A stretch of DNA of 61,476 nucleotides, counting the filler. It is 8 parts of 8 records of this genome, joined end to end, with 100 filler letters (N's around TTAATTAATTAA, not from the genome) between each part and the next. Parts side by side here need not be neighbours in the genome. Positions count along the whole stretch, not along the records: positions 55,386 to 61,476 come from SRR31156797_28093; 7 more parts are not named here. One strand, given 5' to 3'. Below the pieces are notes generated by a model. That model had not been told where the DNA came from. It did not search any database and saw only the letters and a program-made list of their open reading frames with translations. Positions 58,676-61,476 of this stretch are shown in pieces. How positions within the stretch are numbered: position 1 is the first letter of the stretch; each line of letters begins with the position of its first letter. The translations under genes were made by a program, and so were the position numbers.

Positions 58676-60055
58676 TTATTTTTCCCAAAGTTTTTCCATT
58701 TCTTCAAGGGTTTTATTTTTGGTTTCAGGAACCATTTTCCATACAAAGAAAAATGAGAAAACGCTCATCAACCCATAAAACCAGTAGGTTCCGGCACTAC
58801 TAAATTCCATCATAGCCGGATAAGTAGCTGAAATAAAATAGTTGGCTGCCCATTGTGCTGCAACAGCAATAGCTATAGCTCTGCCTCGTATTTTATTTGG
58901 AAATAATTCCGAAATAAGAACCCAGCAAATTGGTCCCCACGACATCATAAATGAAGCGGTATAAACGATGATAAATATTAATGTACCAATTCCAATTATT
59001 TCAAGGTAAGCAAGCAGTCCAATAGCAAACATCCCTACTGCCATCCCAATTGAACCTACCATTAATAATGGTTTACGACCCCATTTATCAACGGTAACAA
59101 TGGCTACAACTGTAAATATTACGTTTACCAAACCCATTACAACCGTTTGAAGCATTGATGCATCCTTTTCTGCTCCCATGCTTTCAAAAATCCGGGGTGC
59201 ATAATAAAGCGCCACATTAATGCCTACAAATTGCTGGAATACAGAAAGAAGAACACCGATAATAATAACGATTTTTCCATAGGCAAATAATTTTGAAGAA
59301 GATGTCTTCAACGAATTTTTTATATCGTTAAATATTATTTCTGCCTGACTTCTGCCATTAATTTTAGTTAGAATTGATAACGCTTTTTCGTCGTTATCTT
59401 TCAAGGCAAGGTATCGTGGAGTTTCAGGAACCAAAAGCAGCAACAGACCAAACACTCCTGCCGGAATCGCTTCTGATAAAAACATTCTTCTCCAGCCAAT
59501 TGAGTTAATCCACTCTAAGCTTTGGCCATTTGCAATCCCCCAGTTTACAAAATATACCACCAACATTCCAAAAATAATAGCAAACTGGTTGAACGAAACC
59601 AGTCGACCTCTGATATCTGCTGGTGCAATTTCTCCAATATACATTGGACACACAGCCGATGCAAGCCCGACTCCAATACCTCCAATTATCCGGTAAAAGT
59701 TGAACATGTATAGCAATCCCATTGTCGGTTGTCCTTTTTCAAAGAACAAAAACTCAGGATAACCTGATCCAAGTGCAGATAAAAAGAATAGGCATGCAGC
59801 CAATAATAAAGCTTTTTTTCTACCAAGTTTTAGTGCAATTATTCCTGACAAACTACCCCCAATAATACAACCAATCAGTGCACTTGAGATAGTTGCTCCA
59901 TGTGCTAAGGAGTTTAAACCTAATCCATTAATCAGGTATGCCTGAACTGACTTTTCTGCACCGGAGATCACAGCAGTGTCGTAACCAAATAATAGCCCAC
60001 CAATGGTGGCAACCAAGGTTATTCCAAAAATAAACAGGGTATTTCTTTCCTTCAT
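58676..60055 (-). CDS. xylE: D-xylose/H+ symporter (MFS sugar porter)
   Basis: GGLLFGYDTAVISG, EIAP..RGRLVSFNQFAIIFG, PETPR, QQFVGIN, SWGPICWVLISE, PETK; downstream of xylA. Confidence 0.93.
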   Translation of the reverse strand: MKERNTLFIFGITLVATIGGLLFGYDTAVISGAEKSVQAYLINGLGLNSLAHGATISSALIGCIIGGSLSGIIALKLGRKKALLLAACLFFLSALGSGYPEFLFFEKGQPTMGLLYMFNFYRIIGGIGVGLASAVCPMYIGEIAPADIRGRLVSFNQFAIIFGMLVVYFVNWGIANGQSLEWINSIGWRRMFLSEAIPAGVFGLLLLLVPETPRYLALKDNDEKALSILTKINGRSQAEIIFNDIKNSLKTSSSKLFAYGKIVIIIGVLLSVFQQFVGINVALYYAPRIFESMGAEKDASMLQTVVMGLVNVIFTVVAIVTVDKWGRKPLLMVGSIGMAVGMFAIGLLAYLEIIGIGTLIFIIVYTASFMMSWGPICWVLISELFPNKIRGRAIAIAVAAQWAANYFISATYPAMMEFSSAGTYWFYGLMSVFSFFFVWKMVPETKNKTLEEMEKLWEK

Positions 60056-60152
60056 ATTCTTTAGATTTGACAAAGGCCACCGGTAAAATACCGGCAGCCT
60101 GGTTAAGTTTTTTTATGTGAATATAGCTGTTTTTACAACAGCTGTATCAATA

Positions 60153-61476
60153 TTAAATATACCAATTGATCAATTGCTCAACTAATTCTTGTTTACCGCT
60201 GATTTGTGCTGGTTCGCCAACTTCTTTAGCAATTGCATGCATATCTTCTAAAGTAAGTTTACCTGCTTCAAAATCTGCACCTTTGCCTTCGTCGAATGAG
60301 GCATAGCGGGCAGCACGCATCGCACAATATTGAGAATCATTCAAAATCTTGTCGGCAATAACAAGGGCACGTGCAAATACATCCATTCCTCCAATATGGG
60401 CGATAAAGATATCTTCCATATCAGTAGAGTTACGACGGGTTTTTGCATCAAAATTAATACCTCCATGGTTAAATCCTCCTGTTGGAAGAATTTCTAACAT
60501 GGCCTCAGTTATTTCGTAAATACTGGTTGGGAATTCATCAGTGTCCCATCCGTTTTGGTAGTCACCTTTGTTGGCATCAATCGATCCCAGCATACCGGCA
60601 TCTGCTGCCATTCTTAAATCGTGCGCAAAAGTATGCCCCGCTAAAGTAGCGTGGTTAACTTCAATATTTAATTTGAAATCGTTTTCTAATCCGTTTTCTC
60701 TAAGGAAGCCAATAACAGTTTGTGAATCAACATCGTATTGGTGTTTTGATGGCTCCATTGGTTTTGGTTCAATAAAGAAAGTACCTTCAAAACCTTGCTT
60801 ACGACCGTAATCGCGGGCCATACGCAAAAATTCACCCATGTGTGCCAATTCGCGTTTTGTATCGGTGTTGTGTAAGCTCATATACCCTTCACGTCCACCC
60901 CAGAAAACGTAACCTGTACCACCCAGCGCAATGGTTGCATCAATGGCATTTTTTACCTGAACCGAAGCATTTGCAATTACGTTAAGATCAGGATTGGTAG
61001 AAGCACCATTCATGTAACGTGGATTAGAGAAAACATTGGCAGTACCCCACAACAAGTTAACACCTGAAGCAGCTTGTTTTTCTTTAGCAAAATCAAGAAT
61101 CTTAGCCATTCTTTCTTCGATTTCGAAAACAGAACCATCACCAACTAAATCGGTATCGTGCCAACAGTAATAAGGAATACCCATTTTGGTGATAAATTCA
61201 AAAGCAGCGTCCATTTTTTCTTTGGCAGCGTCCATTTTATCAGATGCCCCTACCCATGGGAAAATTTGAGTTCCAGGTCCAAATGGATCTTCACCGGTTC
61301 CACAGAATGTGTGCCAGTAAGCTACTGCAAAACGCAAGTGCTCCTTCATTGTTTTTCCTGCCACAACACGATTCTCATCATACCATTTAAATGCTAATGG
61401 ATTTCTTGATTCAGGGCCTTCAAATTTAATTTTGTCGATGCCTTTAAAATACTCTTTGTTTCCTTTTAAAACTTCC
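60153..61476 (-). CDS. xylA: Xylose isomerase class II (start codon clipped by window edge)
   Basis: Frame open to the edge ([20 protein letters not shown]); [44 protein letters not shown]. Confidence 0.97.
   Translation of the reverse strand, partial: EVLKGNKEYFKGIDKIKFEGPESRNPLAFKWYDENRVVAGKTMKEHLRFAVAYWHTFCGTGEDPFGPGTQIFPWVGASDKMDAAKEKMDAAFEFITKMGIPYYCWHDTDLVGDGSVFEIEERMAKILDFAKEKQAASGVNLLWGTANVFSNPRYMNGASTNPDLNVIANASVQVKNAIDATIALGGTGYVFWGGREGYMSLHNTDTKRELAHMGEFLRMARDYGRKQGFEGTFFIEPKPMEPSKHQYDVDSQTVIGFLRENGLENDFKLNIEVNHATLAGHTFAHDLRMAADAGMLGSIDANKGDYQNGWDTDEFPTSIYEITEAMLEILPTGGFNHGGINFDAKTRRNSTDMEDIFIAHIGGMDVFARALVIADKILNDSQYCAMRAARYASFDEGKGADFEAGKLTLEDMHAIAKEVGEPAQISGKQELVEQLINWYI

Overview
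This window is not one locus. It is eight unrelated fragments joined by seven identical 100-nt artificial spacers (N-run, TTAATTAATTAA, N-run) at 5544-5643, 13006-13105, 18970-19069, 24909-25008, 31149-31248, 44588-44687 and 55286-55385, so neighbourhoods are only meaningful within a fragment. Lineage calls come from protein style, not from a search. (1) 1-5543, unassigned bacterium: decayed hsdS remnant, GH32-like hydrolase, mannosylfructose-phosphate synthase and phosphatase (mfpsA/mfppA), a flavoprotein scar and an ACR3/SBF transporter. (2) 5644-13005, Methanosarcinaceae-like archaeon: GAF histidine kinase, TatD, glycerate kinase, PEBP lipoprotein, PspC, and an HxlR regulator divergent from a siroheme reductase-like/CGGC/ferredoxin/FwdC-like run. 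(3) 13106-18969, Arcobacter-like Campylobacterota: GlcF-like Fe-S protein, lgt, atypical response regulator, polA. (4) 19070-24908, Bacteroidota pectin locus: SusC, SusD, LamG, PL10 lyase. (5) 25009-31148, FCB-group (possibly Marinimicrobia): dnaB, rel, HU/IHF, ruvX, lnt. (6) 31249-44587, Desulfovibrionaceae: recA, alaS, rplM, rpsI, purM, two radical SAM genes, partial tRNA-Pro. It also holds features the ORF track misses: a rhodanese selenoprotein gene (C-A-UGA plus a SECIS-like hairpin, with a 1-nt frameshift), a 42-aa lipoprotein and palindromic elements. (7) 44688-55285, Bacteroidota: DUF2490, tcdA, tatD, a 1610-aa T9SS protein built from two copies of a ~540-aa domain, and 7-/8-mer tandem repeats. 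(8) 55386-61476, Bacteroidota: GNAT-like protein, sugar acyltransferase coupled to a Kce/BKACE enzyme, SOD, a small wHTH protein, xylE, xylA. Best leads: the selenoprotein, the mannosylfructose synthesis-plus-hydrolysis cluster, the BKACE-acyltransferase pair, the archaeal HxlR divergon and the duplicated-domain T9SS protein.
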